Shown here: positions 38,781-52,566 of the stretch, one piece after another | Layout of the letters: each line of letters opens with the position of its first letter | How positions within the stretch are numbered: position 1 is the first letter of the stretch | NCBI GenBank assembly: GCA_039545335.1 | Contig: BCIN01000007.1 | Span: forward strand, 868,001 to 932,000 | Length of the DNA: 64,000 nucleotides | Reading direction: 5' to 3' | Source: Kondoa subrosea | Taxonomy: Eukaryota | The notes under the pieces: generated by a model | Seen by the model: only the letters and a program-made list of their open reading frames with translations | Told to the model about the DNA's origin: nothing | Database searches by the model: none | Program-made: the position numbers and the translations under genes

Positions 38781-39983
38781 TCAGGCTTCTGCTGTCCTAT
38801 CCTTTTCTGACTCGGTCCAACTGACAGCGGTTGCTGTTTGTGCCATGAGAGCAGGATCTACTTTGCGTGTGAGCAAAGAACTACACTGAAAGGGTTTGCA
38901 CGAACCATTGCGATGTTGCTGATGAAAAGCTGGGCATTCTATTGTACACGGACGTTCGCCCGTGATGTGAAAGTGAACTAGATCACGAGTCCAGCAGTAA
39001 AGAACCACGTTGCACAGTCCAGACGAAGCGAAAGCGGCGCCGCCAAATATCAAAAGAGCGGGTGAACGAGAATGACCTTGCAAAGATGCAAGTCGGTAAG
39101 CTGCCAAAGGCGACACGACTGCGGCATAGAAGAGTGGATATAACAGCCTGCAAGAGAATAATCAGCTTTTGGACTATTAGTCCGAAGATAGGATTTTCAC
39201 ATTCGCGCTGCTGCACCTAATTGCTGCTTATCACCCAGACCTAATTTCTTCGACCTGAAAAATATCCAAGCAATATAGACAGAGACTGCAGCGTAAATAA
39301 GAGCGTTTAGAACGACTGCAGCCAGAATATAAATGTAGTGACACCAGAATCGCCAGCGTGGGTAAGCATTGCTTGAGAAGCACCATGCACCAACTCCAGT
39401 ATAGTATTCAGGTTTGACAATAGGTGGTACAGCTTCATTGAGTATGATGCAGGTGCAGATCATGCTTGCGATCCATACGAATTGTCTTCTGGTCGGACGA
39501 TGATTGAAGAGAATGATACTACTTGTGTGCAAAGCCTATTGAGACGTCTCATTAATGATAATCAACAACATTCGACTTGAATGTACCAGTGCTACGGTCC
39601 AGAATGCGCCCGAAAGATCACCTGCTGTGATGAGTACGGCTTGTATTCGACAGAGGGTGGATGGTGTTGCACCGGTCTTGATCCATGCGAAGCTCATCGA
39701 AAAGCCAAGCGCTGACATAAAATCTGCTCAATTTATCTATATTAGCTCGTAGAATTGTTCAGCCTGAGGGCATCTGACCTGAGCAGATTAGTGCCAGAAA
39801 AAGAGCACCGAATTGAGATCTGATCACGGGTCTTTTCAACTTGAGCTTTCTCGTGATAGTAGAGCCACAGGTCAGGCAAAGAATGCAAGTCGAACACGCG
39901 ACTACCGAAAATACAGCAATGATTGCTACTGCTAGGGCTCCCTTTCTGATGGTTTGCGGTGAGGCATGGCTTTGAAAAGGCAT
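38781..39983 (-). CDS. Git3/Gpr1-like 7TM G-protein-coupled receptor (copy 2)
   Basis: SQFGALFLALICS, LCRIQAVLITAGDLSGAFWT, GAWCF, RWRFWCHYIYI, GLCNVVLYCWTR. Confidence 0.8.
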
Positions 39984-41301
39984 GGCTGGAGGAGGTTGTG
40001 GACGTAAGAAGATGATTGCAAGGCGTTACGAGGAAAGAGAGAGAATGAGTACAGACGAGATTGAAATATTTAGTGTAAATTCATCAAGCTCGCTTTTCCC
40101 ACCGAGCGAGGAACCATCGCTCCACGTATACCAAGCATGTATCTGCACATGGAAGCCGAAGCACCGCTGCATAAATGTTGTGAGCGTCGCGCGTGGCACA
40201 GCTCCTACGAAGCCCTGCGGTGATCAGACGAGTAGCTGATCTGATAAAGATGACCGCAGTGCCTTCTTCAGGGTTGCGCCAGACTGGAAAGTGCACATTG
40301 CGACCAACCGCTAAGGCACATTTATGCAAAGATCGAAAGATCGAAAGCTACGGCATAATAGCGAGCGGTATCGCACCACGCCAGGCAATTGTCCGAGACC
40401 GAAGAAGAGGATCGAAGATAAAGATTGATCTTGGACCAAGTTGCATTACTTCACATGATCACTCTAATGCATCAGATGAAAGAGCGTGAATTCGGTTGGA
40501 ACTGCCTCTATTGACACAGACAGCTAGCATGTAGCCAACAGGAAAACGACACAGATCTTTAAGGTCGTGGTATAAGCCTTACAAGCTGGATTTCCTTCGC
40601 GTATATTGCGAGCAAATTTTTGCAAAGGGTTCTTCTGTCACCGTACTCTTTCTGTCTTCTCACAGTTTGCTGGCCGGCTAGTACTGCGCTCTGCAATTGC
40701 GTCTCGTCCTACTTTCCTTCGCTTTCTCCCTACACAAGCTTGAATGCACAATTTTCAACGTAAGTTGCTCTCTCCTCTTCCGTCCTTAAGCTCTCGGCCT
40801 GCCCTCTTTCTCTGATGTTTTGAGTGCATTTGGCTAGATTGAAGGCTCGCTGGGGCAAACGGCCGATTGTCCTAACTTATATAATACAAAGACGCTGTGC
40901 GTTCTGGCGAGCATTCATGCTGAAACACCTCAGCTACCTACTCTTCCGTAAAACGAAGAGGCAACCTCTGATCCTTCACTCTTTCTTCACTACTGGAGTT
41001 TGCAGAAAGACTTAAGCTGACTATTGTCTCGCTTGACAGTCTTTGTTGAAACAAAAGAAGCTTGGCTAGGCAGAAACCGCTCGGTGTGAATTTGCGTATA
41101 GGCACCGCTTTTGCTAAAATTGATGTAATGTATTCATGCAAATTTACCAACTTTGCTGTAGCAATACACTCTTGACTTTGGCCTCGATCTTTCTTGACGT
41201 CGTCTTCTTACATGAATGCATGAACGCCCAGTACCACTTGGTATAAGATTCTTGCTTTTTCCCTTTATTCATCTTATCAATTGTCTAATTCCCATGTTCC
41301 T

Positions 41302-43040
41302 TCACCTTGACGAGTCCGCCAATACTTCTTTAATCATTCTTGCGTTGACCTGTCAGCTACTCAGCTTGGGATCAATGTTCCGCGCAGAGAGCAAATCACC
41401 TTTGAAGCATCTTCGAATCTAGGTTCAAAGAACTTGGCAATCTCTTCAAACCGTTCTTTGTACCAAGCGAAACTTCCATGTTTGACACATTGACTCCAAC
41501 CTCTTGCAGCAACAACGAATTCACAATCATCACTTCGATGAGTTTTATCCCTCACTGCAGCTTGAATAGCTCTTTCCAACCTCTCTTCATCCCTGAACAA
41601 GTATTCCACAACGCCGAACCATAATCGAAAGATAGGAGTAGCTGCTAAATCTAGATGAATGAAAGGTCTGATTCCTAACCGAGCCCAACAATCCACCATA
41701 GCTAAAAGTGATAAATGAGAATTTGGTAATTCTGTTTGACCATCTTCCAAATTAGGTGGTGGTCGACCAACAGTAAAAGCATTGAAAACTTTATCAGAAA
41801 CAAAAGTAGCTTTCCTTTCTTCCTCTTGTCCGTTGGGTAAACCGAAAACGAAATCCCTTGCTTTTTTCACTCTGGAACGTAATTCATCTTCTTTCTCTTC
41901 AATCATAAGTTTAAACAAATCAGTTGTAGATTGAGCGTATTGTTCAATTTGTTTTCGAGCTGCTGGGTTGAGGATAGCTAAACCAGCATAAACGTGCCAT
42001 TTGTTTGAATAGATTCGTAAAGTGATGTTGATCTTGACGGTTTCGATACCACCAATATAACGAGAAGTTTCCCATGGGAAACCTTCTGAACATCTCCAAG
42101 CAGTTCCCATTCTGTGAGATCGATCAACGTTGTAAACAATCGAAATTATTACAGTCATTGATGGACGCACGAGAGGAAAGCAGCGTGAGTGACTGCTTGT
42201 GTATTGGCTGTGATCTCATCATGTTCTTCATACGACATATGGACATATCTTGATTTCAAAGGAGCCATGATCTTCTCTACTAGATCTAAAGCAGATTGAG
42301 GTGCTCGATATTTGATGAGAATCTGTCAGTTCTCTGTCTTCAGTTCCAAACGCACAATAGCGCATTGAACATGAAAGAACTGACTAGCGGTTGACCTTCT
42401 GGCGAAACACCTGGACCATGCAAGGAATGTAAAGAAACAATAGAGACATCTTCTGGTAAATGGGATTGGAAAGCTTCTTTTTCCGGTGCTTTGACTGAAG
42501 TTTGACCAGCTACTATAGCTCCAATTTTTGTTGCTGTCAATTCCGCCTTACTTAAATACAAGACAGATGTATTAAAGTTTAGGTGAACTGACAAGGACCG
42601 AATTCTTTCACTACTGAAAGAATGAACTCTGCTTCTACAGAATAGATGATGAAGTCGCTGATCCTTGAAACGAGATGACCATTCTTGAGAACATTGAAAC
42701 CGCTGTCTGATACAGTATCATTCTTTGCATCATCAAAAGCACAAGAAAGTGACGCGCCTTTGAGTTCTTCTTTGAGTTGTTCATACTTGGAAGGTAGATC
42801 GCAAACATGTATTCTACGGAACAGCATCATAAGACTTGTTCAGAAGGCAAAAGAGGGTAAAGGGGCACTTCTTAAACCCGCCTGCGTACAGACGTCGAGC
42901 ATACATTCGACCCATTTCTCCCAGTCCAATAACTAATGGGATTACAAGGGAAGCAGAATGAGCTCCATTGAGCTGGAAATAGGAAATTCATAAGACTGAC
43001 TTCCGATATTGATTTGACTTAATTCGCTCGGTAACGCCAT
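41302..43040 (-). CDS. TYR1: Prephenate dehydrogenase (NADP+)
   Basis: IGLGEMGRMY, SRISDFIIYSVEAE, GQTSVKAPE, HSLHGP, YSNKWHVYAGLAILNP, ATPIFRLWFG. Confidence 0.95.
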
Positions 43041-43193
43041 GACTGCGTTGGAATCACGAGATGAGGACAGATACACAGAACTAGCAGTCGTTGAGAAGCA
43101 GAAGCTTCTAGAGACCAAAAGGCATAGGCAGACTACGCGAGGACTAATTCGCTGTTCTTTAAGAAACCGCGACATATACCCAAAGTGCAAGCC

Positions 43194-44047
43194 ATGTCAG
43201 ATCATGGACACAGTCACGAGCATGGAGGACATTCACATGGCCCACCTCAACCTCAGCAAGGCCAAACCATCCAGCTACCACCTAATTCGAATTACACACC
43301 ACCTTCTTCAGTCGACAGTCTGCTCTCCCTACATGCCCTGTCAATATCCACAAATAATGAAGTTTCCTTATCAACGACAGACTCTAAAGATCTGCCGTCC
43401 AAATCAGACTTGCTAGACTTGAACGAATCCATTTCCCTACTCAATAGAATCACTCAAGACCTCTTGCGCTCCAAAATAGAGAATCATCCACCTCCACCAC
43501 CTCAACCACAACCAGGAAACATTCGTTCCAATCTAGTCAATCGAGCAAAAGATGAAGGCAACGCTCTTTATAAAACAAAAGACTATGCTCAAGCTTTACA
43601 GAAGTACAATATAGCTCTACAATTCGCTTCAACTAGACCATTAATAGAAGCTTCGATTTTCGCAAGAGAAGAAATGTCTGTTGTGTTATCAAACAGGAGT
43701 GCAACGTATATGGCTTTAGGGTTTTATGTGGAAGCTTTATGTGATGCGGAAGCTATCGTTGGTTTGAAGAAAGGTTGGCCAAAGGGACATTTTAGAAAAG
43801 GGAAAGCTTTGATGGCTTTGGGTGAATTGGAAGAAGCGAGAGATGCTTACATCTTTGGTTTGGATTTCGAACCAGGCGAGAAAGTAGGCTATTCAAACAC
43901 TCGTCTTCCTCATAAATGCTCATGATGCTATAATAGGACTTGGCCGCCGCTTTGGAAGAATGCGAGAAGGCTATTGCATCAAAAGCGGAAGCGAAGAGAT
44001 TAGGCGACGGTAGTACTACACAGAACAGTAAAGCAATTGAAGCATAG
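43194..44047 (+). CDS. TPR protein, Sec72-like translocon subunit
   Basis: N-terminal HGHSH; RAKDEGNALYK...RPLIEAS...VVLSNRSA...WPKGHFRKGKAL TPRs. Confidence 0.7.
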
Positions 44048-44157
44048 ACAGGAGAAGCTGGTTTCTTTTCCGCTCGCATTCTAAGAAGGGGTTGCATGGA
44101 GTCTAGTTTTCTATTTGTACATGACGAATGTTTCTATTGGCATTTTATATACTGCTT

Positions 44158-45408
44158 CTATACCACATTGCTCCCTTCTTGTTCCCTTAACCGTTTCTCC
44201 TCTAATGTCTCTTCTATCCTTCCTTCCTCATCTTCTTCCGTAGTGATGGCCAAACATGACTCATCGCCTATTTCAGAACCTTCTTTAGTTGCTTCAGCTT
44301 CTGCTAATCTTCTTTTATGCGCTCTTGGATTAAGAATCAAAGCCATAGTGAAGATAATGAGCTCAAAGACTGGTGGCCCAATATAGCTGACGCAGGCCAA
44401 GACGTCGAATTCGTGAACGGAGAAGACTGTAGGGTCACCAGAGCACCTTAACTTGACGGTGCAAGAGAAGAAGCAGCGCGACTTACCTAGCGAGATAGCT
44501 GATACTATTCCACCTAGTCCATCGATGGCTCTACAGCGTGATCATTAGCATCTTCATTCGAACATCAAAAGGCGAGACCTTACAAGAAGATGAAGGAGAT
44601 TCCGAAAACCTCTCTCGATTTCCAGCTCGTCCATATCTGGGGTAAGAAGCCTCCGTTCTAATCAACACCCATCAGTACATATCCAATGCTGTAAGACAAT
44701 ACAAACTCACAATCATGCATGTTGCCAATATCCCAAGAAAAGTAGTGAAACCCGTTATTCCTCTATCTTCAGCAGCCTGTCCGGTCGCGTCCATGGTAAG
44801 ATTTCTCGAGCATCTGACCATGAGCGAAAGAACGGACCCTAGCAGCAAAAACGAGTCCTAATTCCACTCCTGCAGCAACACTAGCCAATACTAAGAAAAT
44901 GCTCCCTACTTTCCAAAGTGGAACTTGTTTGTCGTAGTACCAATGTTGAGCTGCACAGAGAGCGCAGAGTGTTCCCACTATAAAAAGGGATAAGTCTTCA
45001 GAATGAAAGGTGGAAGAAGAAAGGCGAACTGGATTGTGGTTGAACAATCAGCGGAATACTGTGTTATATCAGCCCACGCTGCCTGTTTGAAGGAAGAGAG
45101 GCAAGGAGGCGTACTTTACTTTCTTGACTATCACATAACTCCCTAGACTATACTGCAGGTTCAGAATGACTCCGTGTAGCAAGTTATAAGGAGAGACTCA
45201 CACCATCGAAGCGTAAGACCAGAGAATCATCATTCCCGTATGGAGTCCTTCAGTCGTTTTCCTCGAGTAGGATTTCCATAATTGTGGGAAGAGCTGAATA
45301 CTCCAGAGCACAGCACCTGGGGCTCATGTTAGCTACTCATACGGAAGACTGAATATTGGACTAACCCATTGTGCCCAGTACATTCTCGGCATATGCGTTT
45401 TGAGGCAT
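44158..45408 (-). CDS. PQ-loop repeat membrane protein
   Basis: ENVLGTMG..LWSIQLFPQLWKSYSRKTTEG and FLPQIWTSWKSREVFGISF PQ motifs. Confidence 0.9.
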
Positions 45409-45836
45409 GCTTGCACGTTTGCTTGGTAAGTAATCGCTTGGAGGGTATAGATTGTCTGATAGTCAGATTAAGCTGTGCATGTCTGTCAACGCATCAATGA
45501 CGCATACAGGTAGCTCTGATTAAAGAATCCGATTTTTAGGAGAAATCTGGTTTCTTAAAGATGACCGATATGATCGCGTTCGTTGAATTGAAGAGGAACT
45601 GAACAAATCTAGCAGAAGAAGAAGAAAGGGTATGTGCTATGTAGAGAACGGGTTTATTATATGGGTCGCATCACGTAATCTTAAGAAGAGAAGTGAAAGT
45701 CGAGCGGTGCAGTATGCAAGGGCGGAGCGGAATTTAAAGTTCAAGAATACATCTGCGCTGCTCCCTTGTCAAGGTAAACCGTCTTATTTTACATGCTTTC
45801 GTCATTTCAAGTACGAGCGATGTTGCTTCGGTAGAA

Positions 45837-47215
45837 TTATTTCGAAGGTAACTCTGGTGTTGTAAAATTCGCTTCCATGTGCTCAGTATAATGCCTGAAA
45901 TGGACTTGTTTCCCAGTTGAAGAAATCCTGTACATCATCTTCAGCATAAGAAAAACAAAGGCAATTGTGAGAGAACTTACTCGTCAGTCTCTTCTGCAGT
46001 CAGATCAGGTAATTTGGCGACTTGAGCGAGGCTTTTGACTGTAGGTTTGATCGAACTTGCTCAGCTGTGCTCAAGCTGACAAATCTCGAACCTACTTCGA
46101 TCAGCATTTCCACTTGTAGTGATTGCGACCGCTCCAACAGCTTTGATCCCTGTAAGTACAAGTAGACCTACCATCAGCACAAGCCGAAAGTAGAGTCATC
46201 GCATTCACATAGCAGTAATACCGAGGTTTCGTCCACTACCATTCCTTCTTCGGCATCTTTCTGAACCCTCTGCGCAATCTTTTTCAAAACCGCATCTAAT
46301 CTCCCTCCTTTGTTTCTCAAAATCGGTGTCAAAGGTCCATAACTTTCCGTAACGATACCATGTTCTTGATGAATCTTCAAAACAGGTTCCAAATGACTCA
46401 AGAGGTAAGGATGGAATTCGATTTGGTTCACTACTGGTTTATGCTTGCAATCTTTCAAGATAGCTTGCAAATCTTGAGGACGGAAATTGGATACACCGAT
46501 AGATTGAAGTTTTCCATCATCTTTGAGCTCTTCAAAGATTTTCCATGTTGCAATCAAGTCTTCTGGTGTACCTTTTCCTGAGCCAACGACAAAGGGATTG
46601 TGAAGAAGCCAGAGATTAGGGACCTGTAAGCATTGTAAGCTTATAGGTTAAATGTGGAGAAGAAGAAACGCACTCTGCCTAGTTTCTTGGTAGAAGCGGC
46701 GACAGACGCTTTGATTGAATCAATAGGCTGAGTATCTTGCCAATTCTACCAACCAAAGCACGATATTGGCACTTGAGCCTGTATGACTTTACTGAGCACT
46801 CACGTTTGTCTCAGATAGCTTCGATGTCAGATAAACTTTATAATCTGGATCGTGTTGACCTAGCAATTGGCCAGTCTGAGCTTCCTGCTGTTCATTTCCA
46901 TAGCCCTACTTCCTCATTAGCTTGTATTCGGCTGTCGATCTAGCTTGGGACTCGCCTGCGCAGTATCTATCTGCAACATCAATCACATGTCTTCTTTCAT
47001 GCATTGAATACGCACCTATATGGACAAATCCAGCATCAAGAGCTTGTACGCCATAAGACTCAAACTTCTTGATATCGTTTGCTTTGCCCGAGCCGTTGCC
47101 ACTAATCCGAGAAGCATGCACGTAAGCACAATTCATTGCTACTGAAGAGGCTCCAGACATACTAAGCCAACCAAGGAATCGATGTGTTGTCAAGTAATTT
47201 GACTGAATGGACCAT
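45837..47215 (-). CDS. Aldo-keto reductase
   Basis: IPWLA, LDAGFVHID, LHNPF, SIGVSNF, PVVNQIEFHPY, ESYGPLTP. Confidence 0.92.
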
Positions 47216-48923
47216 CTTGGTTGAGAGTGCGCGGAGAATGCTGATTGCCTGGTTGTACCTCGAAGAATAGGAAGAGCGCTTCCAATGTGCTCTGTGGCTG
47301 TTGAGATTCAAGAAGCGAAATTAAATTATTAATGATGACATTGAGCGGCCAATAGAAGTCCTCAGTTCGGCCTGCTCTGGCTGTGACAAGCTCAAGACAA
47401 ACCCTCATAATGACTTGCTCAGCCCTTGCAGAGCGGATTCCTCTTCATATCCTGTTTTTCCACTATTCCAAAGCCTGCAGACCATTTGTATTGAAAGCAC
47501 CGGACACGATGCTATCACAGTCGATGACAATTGGCTAAAGGTCTCAGGGTAGAAGCGTGAAGTCGCCATACTGTCATTCAGATCATGTTCCTGCATTTCA
47601 TAAACCGTCAGCTTCAAAATACTCTTTCTTTCCAATCAGCGATCTATATGAGAGTGCCATCTCTACCATTCTCTGAAATTGCTCCAGTTGATGGCTTCAT
47701 ACAATATCATGTTTACTGGCCTCACAGACTGGCCGACCCTGATATTCGCTTGGAGAAGCCTGATGATTCGGTCAATGCGAAGGACGTCTCGGTCTGTCAG
47801 TATCAGATATACGACGCTGAGCATCTCCAACACCTTCAAGTTAGATTTCCGCTCTTTCGTCGGTTGAAGTCAATGATGCTAATGTATTTCTTAGCACCTG
47901 GTCTATTTCAGAAATTTATTGACTGCGGATACTATTGGTGCAGAGGAGTGGGAATGCTTCTCAATGTTGCGCGACAAATGCGATCATATACACGCATGGC
48001 TTGGTAGTCTCATTGCTGCTTGAGGGAGGTCGGCGAATATTGCTGGTTGAAATATCGAGTTCGAAGAGCTCGAATGGACATTTGATTTCTTAGGTATATC
48101 GCAGTAAGTATACTTTCGATGTGTTCCAAATTGCTTGGCGATGCTGATAAACCTGCTGTGCTAAATCTAGTCCATTCAATGCCAATGACGAGCAACAGAT
48201 GTTCTTGATGAACATGCACGTCACAAGGCTCTTTTTCGATGCTGCAGGTGCTTATACTAGTGAGCTTAGCAGACCTCAGCAAGTTCACATGCTTAGTACT
48301 GCTTTATTCGTTAGAGGAAATGGATAGGCTGCGGAGCGAGAGGTCCCTGCTTTCTCTGGTAAAGAATACTTTCGCTTCTTGGTTCCCATTCAGAACGAAA
48401 GTGACAAGGTCAGGCAGGAAAGGTTTGACTCAAACGAATCATCGAAGTCTGATAATTTTTATTCTAGCACTTCAAACACTCTTCCGTCAAATGCTGCAAC
48501 CACATCAAATGTGTCGTCAGAGACCGAGCAAGGAGGCGAGACTAGGCGAATTCGGGGTATTGGTAGTCTGCAATCCCGAAACTTATTGTGATAAGCTCTG
48601 CAGACTCGAGAAACGTAGTGTAGTAGCATCATTGGTGGTAAATTACCCTTCGTGGATACTTCTATTGTACTGTTTCCCGGTCAACGAATATTTCCCATGA
48701 CTATATCGGTACCAAAAACAATTAGGCGAGGCTGAGAGAGGGACATGAGTGAAGTTGATAGATGAGGGTTGTAATGTATAGTTATCATTAAATTGGGAGA
48801 TGAAAAGAAGCCTAAAGCGAGACAAGTAAAATAAATAAAAGAGAGATCAGAAGGATTCAAATAGAACTAGAGGGAGAACATACATTTATGTATTGTTTAG
48901 ACTGTCCGTCCTTTCACTGCCAG

Positions 48924-50316
48924 CTACAAGATGCCCGGAAAGATAGCAGCTTTGTCTCCAGCAGCTTTCCCAAATTCCTTCTTATACGCTCGTTTCCTTT
49001 CACACATGTAAGCTAGAGTGTAAGTGAGATGCTGAAAAAACTCACTTCTTCAACGCCCAGAGGGTCATCTGAGACATGGAAACGATTGTAAAACCCCAAG
49101 CTATTCATTATATCAGATAATTTGTAACGAACAGGCGGGAGTACGACTGACCAGCCCAATCCATTGTGAAAATAGAGAATGCTATCCATCCCAAACCTTC
49201 AAAGAGATAATTAGGGCACCAACACAAGTCGAAACCATAGCCATCAGGTAAGGATCGTTTCTTAGTACCTGCTGGTCTGAGCGAACGAAGGTGTAGGTGG
49301 GTGAGCAAGTTTGACAACTCGCAGAACTGTTCGTACTCATTAACCTGACATTCCGTACTGGAAAGCGACCAGAACACGAACCAGCCAGAACCCAACCACA
49401 GGGAAAATGTATTCATCTGTCTTTCGCCACGAGTTGGATGCTTGCAAAGCTTTCTGACCATGCCAAGGTCCGTATAGAGGAATAGCCAGTGCTAAGCCAG
49501 AAAGGATCCAGTAATGGGCGGAGCTGTTCAAGGTACAGCTGAATTAGACATATCACTAGTCAATCAGCAGATAGCGACGTACTTCTTGAATAGGTTGAAG
49601 AAAGGCATAGTAGCGTGAGAGAAACGATGCACGCTATGTAAATTCAGCAGAAGATAGCATCAGAAATACTGGAATCGCACAAGAGAGTCTCCATTTCTCG
49701 CTTGAAGTAGTGAAGCATGACCATTACTAGTGCGTAGCTGTGATACCGACGCGACTCTTAGACGAGAAGCAGTCTGAAGCCTCGCGAACTCACGTCTGAA
49801 TCTTGCTACGGACGAAGTCCTCGCCATAAATCCATTGCTGACCGTAACGATAGACAAGCGGATGTATAAACAGAGGACCAAGCTAGCAGGAAGTCAGAAT
49901 CGGCCGATGCGAGCTCATACAAACTCACATATTCGATCAGAAACTGAAGTGCAACAACATAAGGAATAGATCAAACAGAACAAGATGAGAGACCCACGAC
50001 CGTCTTCCATGCTGCGACTGCAATCAGCGCGACTCAAAATAACATGCTGTATCGTCTAACCTATTTGAGCTCCCATATCTTTCACTGTCACTCCTCCTTC
50101 GCCGCCTCCGACACGATACTGATCCAAGGTCTTGTCATCATCGTCTAGCACCTTGTTTCCATCATTTGTCAGACGCTGCCTTTCGACTGAGATTTTCGTT
50201 CGTTTGGCCAGGACTTGCTTTAGTTCAGCAACCGTAACCTCGCTGGCATTGCGACCTTCTATCGTAATAGCTGACTGGTCCTTGGCTCCTCTCTTCTTCC
50301 ACAAGACTAAGACCAT
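48924..50316 (-). CDS. TSC13: Very-long-chain enoyl-CoA reductase (Tsc13/TECR)
   Basis: Ubiquitin-like N-terminus, KDMGAQIAWKTVFLIEYLGPL, VHRFSHATMPFFNLFKNSAHYW, CPNYLFE. Confidence 0.93.
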
Positions 50317-50348
50317 CTTTCACTGTCACTGTTTGGCTCCAAACAAGC

Positions 50349-51516
50349 ATGTCATTGGGTTTAGATCAACTATCAGCTCCGCCTGCAGGCCGGTTCTCAG
50401 CTCTACACGTCTTAGTCAACCCAGTATCTGGATCAGGCGAAGCCGAACCGTATTTCAGCACGCAGCTCGGGCCCTGGCTGCGAAAACATGGCATTGACTT
50501 CACATGTCATACAACGACAAGTTCTACTTCCGCAACAGAACTAGCTTCCACCTTATCCCTGTCCGACGACACAACTTGTATGGTGTTATCAGGTGATGGA
50601 ACATTGAGTGAATTCCTTCAAGGTCTTCCGACTTCTTCTTCTTCTACTTCGACCTCACTCAACCTCATCCTCTTGCCTTTCGGTACCGCCAATGCGCTCT
50701 ATCATTCGCTCTTCCCTCAATCAACAGATCAACTCTCTTCCCTTCGTTCCGCCTTGCAATCTTATTCTACTGCCAAACCAAAACTTCTACCTCTAGCCAA
50801 AGTGAAGATCAATGATCAATCTTTCTTAGCAACAGTAGTCGTTTCCACTGCATTACATGCTTCCATTTTATTCGATAGCGATAAACTTCGGTCTTCTATA
50901 CCGGGTTTGGAAAGGTTCAAGAAAGCTGCAGAAATGAATTGGGGTAACGAATATTCTGGTCGCGCAAGTTTTAGAGGTCGAGTAGAGAAGTATAAACCAG
51001 GAAAAGGATTCAGTGAAAGTGGGGTCAAAGAAATAGAAGGCGAATGGGTTTATTTGAATGCTTGTTTGACGGATCGGTTGGAGAAGACTTTCGTTATTGC
51101 TCCAAAACGCAAGTCTGAAGCTGGAACAGTTGATGTGATTGGGATCAGAAGACCGAAAGGGATGGAGAAGGACAAGTTCTTCAGTGAATTAGTCAAGGTG
51201 TTTGGAGCGATCTATGATCAGGGCAAACATGTGGGTTTGGTTTGGGGCGAAGAAGGTTGTAGAGGGTGGAAGGAAGGCGATGAGCTTGGACAATTGGTCG
51301 TTGACTATTGGAGATGCTCTGGTCTTGATTGGCAGCCAGTGAGCTCTCTTCAACTGATTTTTGAACGTAATTGACATTCATTGACAGGCTGGTCATGCTG
51401 ACGACCGATCGCGCTTGATCTGCATTGATGGAGCAATTCAAAAGATAGCAGAGGGTGAATCTTGTATTATAGATGCGCTGGACGCAAGTGAATCGGCAAT
51501 CAAAGTTTGGGCTTGA
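50349..51516 (+). CDS. DAGK-catalytic-domain lipid kinase (sphingoid base kinase-like)
   Basis: LVNPVSGSG, SGDGTLSEFLQGL, LLPFGTANAL, C-terminal ICIDG after an intron at about 51339-51388. Confidence 0.85.
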
Positions 51517-51523
51517 TCACGTA

Positions 51524-52566
51524 TCAGGTTTCATTGAGTTCCTTTGACGGCTCAACGAAACTTCTACTCCTGATCATGCCAGATCCTGGACCAGCTTCTG
51601 AGATGATGGAACTGCTTCGCATTCGAGCCAGAGGACCACCTGGGCGTGGAGGTGTTTTGCCTTTCAAGACTGTAGGAATTTTAGGTGCAGGCGGTGAAGG
51701 GGAAGGAGACGACTGTTCTTCCTCTGTATCGAGAATAGTTGTTGCTGTTGAGTGTGTCTTGACATGGGAGTAGCCATAACTTGCTGACCGACCGCGAGGG
51801 CCCAGAGGTAAAGCATTTGACAGGGAAGAAGCTCTGGAACGAGAAAGAGGAAGCTGATGATATGTACCGCGCCGAATGTGTAGAGCGAAGGAGTAAAGGC
51901 ACATGATGAAGTAGATCTGTCGCGAAATGAGCGAGAACGGGCAATCTTTGACTTGAGTGCGCACCTTAACAGCCCAGCTCAGAACGAGCACAGCCATAGC
52001 GAATCCTCTTTCTTTTGACCATACAGCCTCCGCAGCCAATCTCGCTACTTCTGGGTCTACTGAAACTTGCGAGCCCGTTCCCGAGATCGCTTTCTGCGCA
52101 TCCGAATTCGCTACTCTTCGTCCATCATGCGGCACAAAGTACCACCATATAACTCCAAATGCAGCAGTATAGATCGTTGATACGAAATGATCGAGCGTAT
52201 ACAGATGCGCGTAGTTCAGAGATCCAACTGGGTTTTCTTCCGCTATACCTCGCAATCCCCAGAGAAAGACAAGCAGAGTAGCAACAGAATAGAGATAGGC
52301 ACTGATTTGAGTCCAAGAGAGGGAGCCTTGGAACATCGCAAGCACTCCATACACCCCAGCGACTTTGTTCAGAATAGCGAAAAGTGTGATGATGGAGGCG
52401 CCTGCTTATAGTTCAGCCTCTTATCTGACAGACTTTGAGGCCGCTTACCTAGCTTGATGTCCTACATCCGGCGCGAAAACATCATTAGCGAGCAGAATAA
52501 TGAAATCTGCTCTTGACCTACAACGCCGACGAACGAGCTGAATGGAGAGAAACTAAGGCCAGCCAT
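51524..52566 (-). CDS. KEI1: Inositolphosphorylceramide synthase regulatory subunit Kei1 (DUF1753)
   Basis: LNKVAGVYGVLAMFQG, YAHLYTLDHFVSTIYT, WWYFVPHDGRRVANSDAQK, LYSFALHIRRG. Confidence 0.85.
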
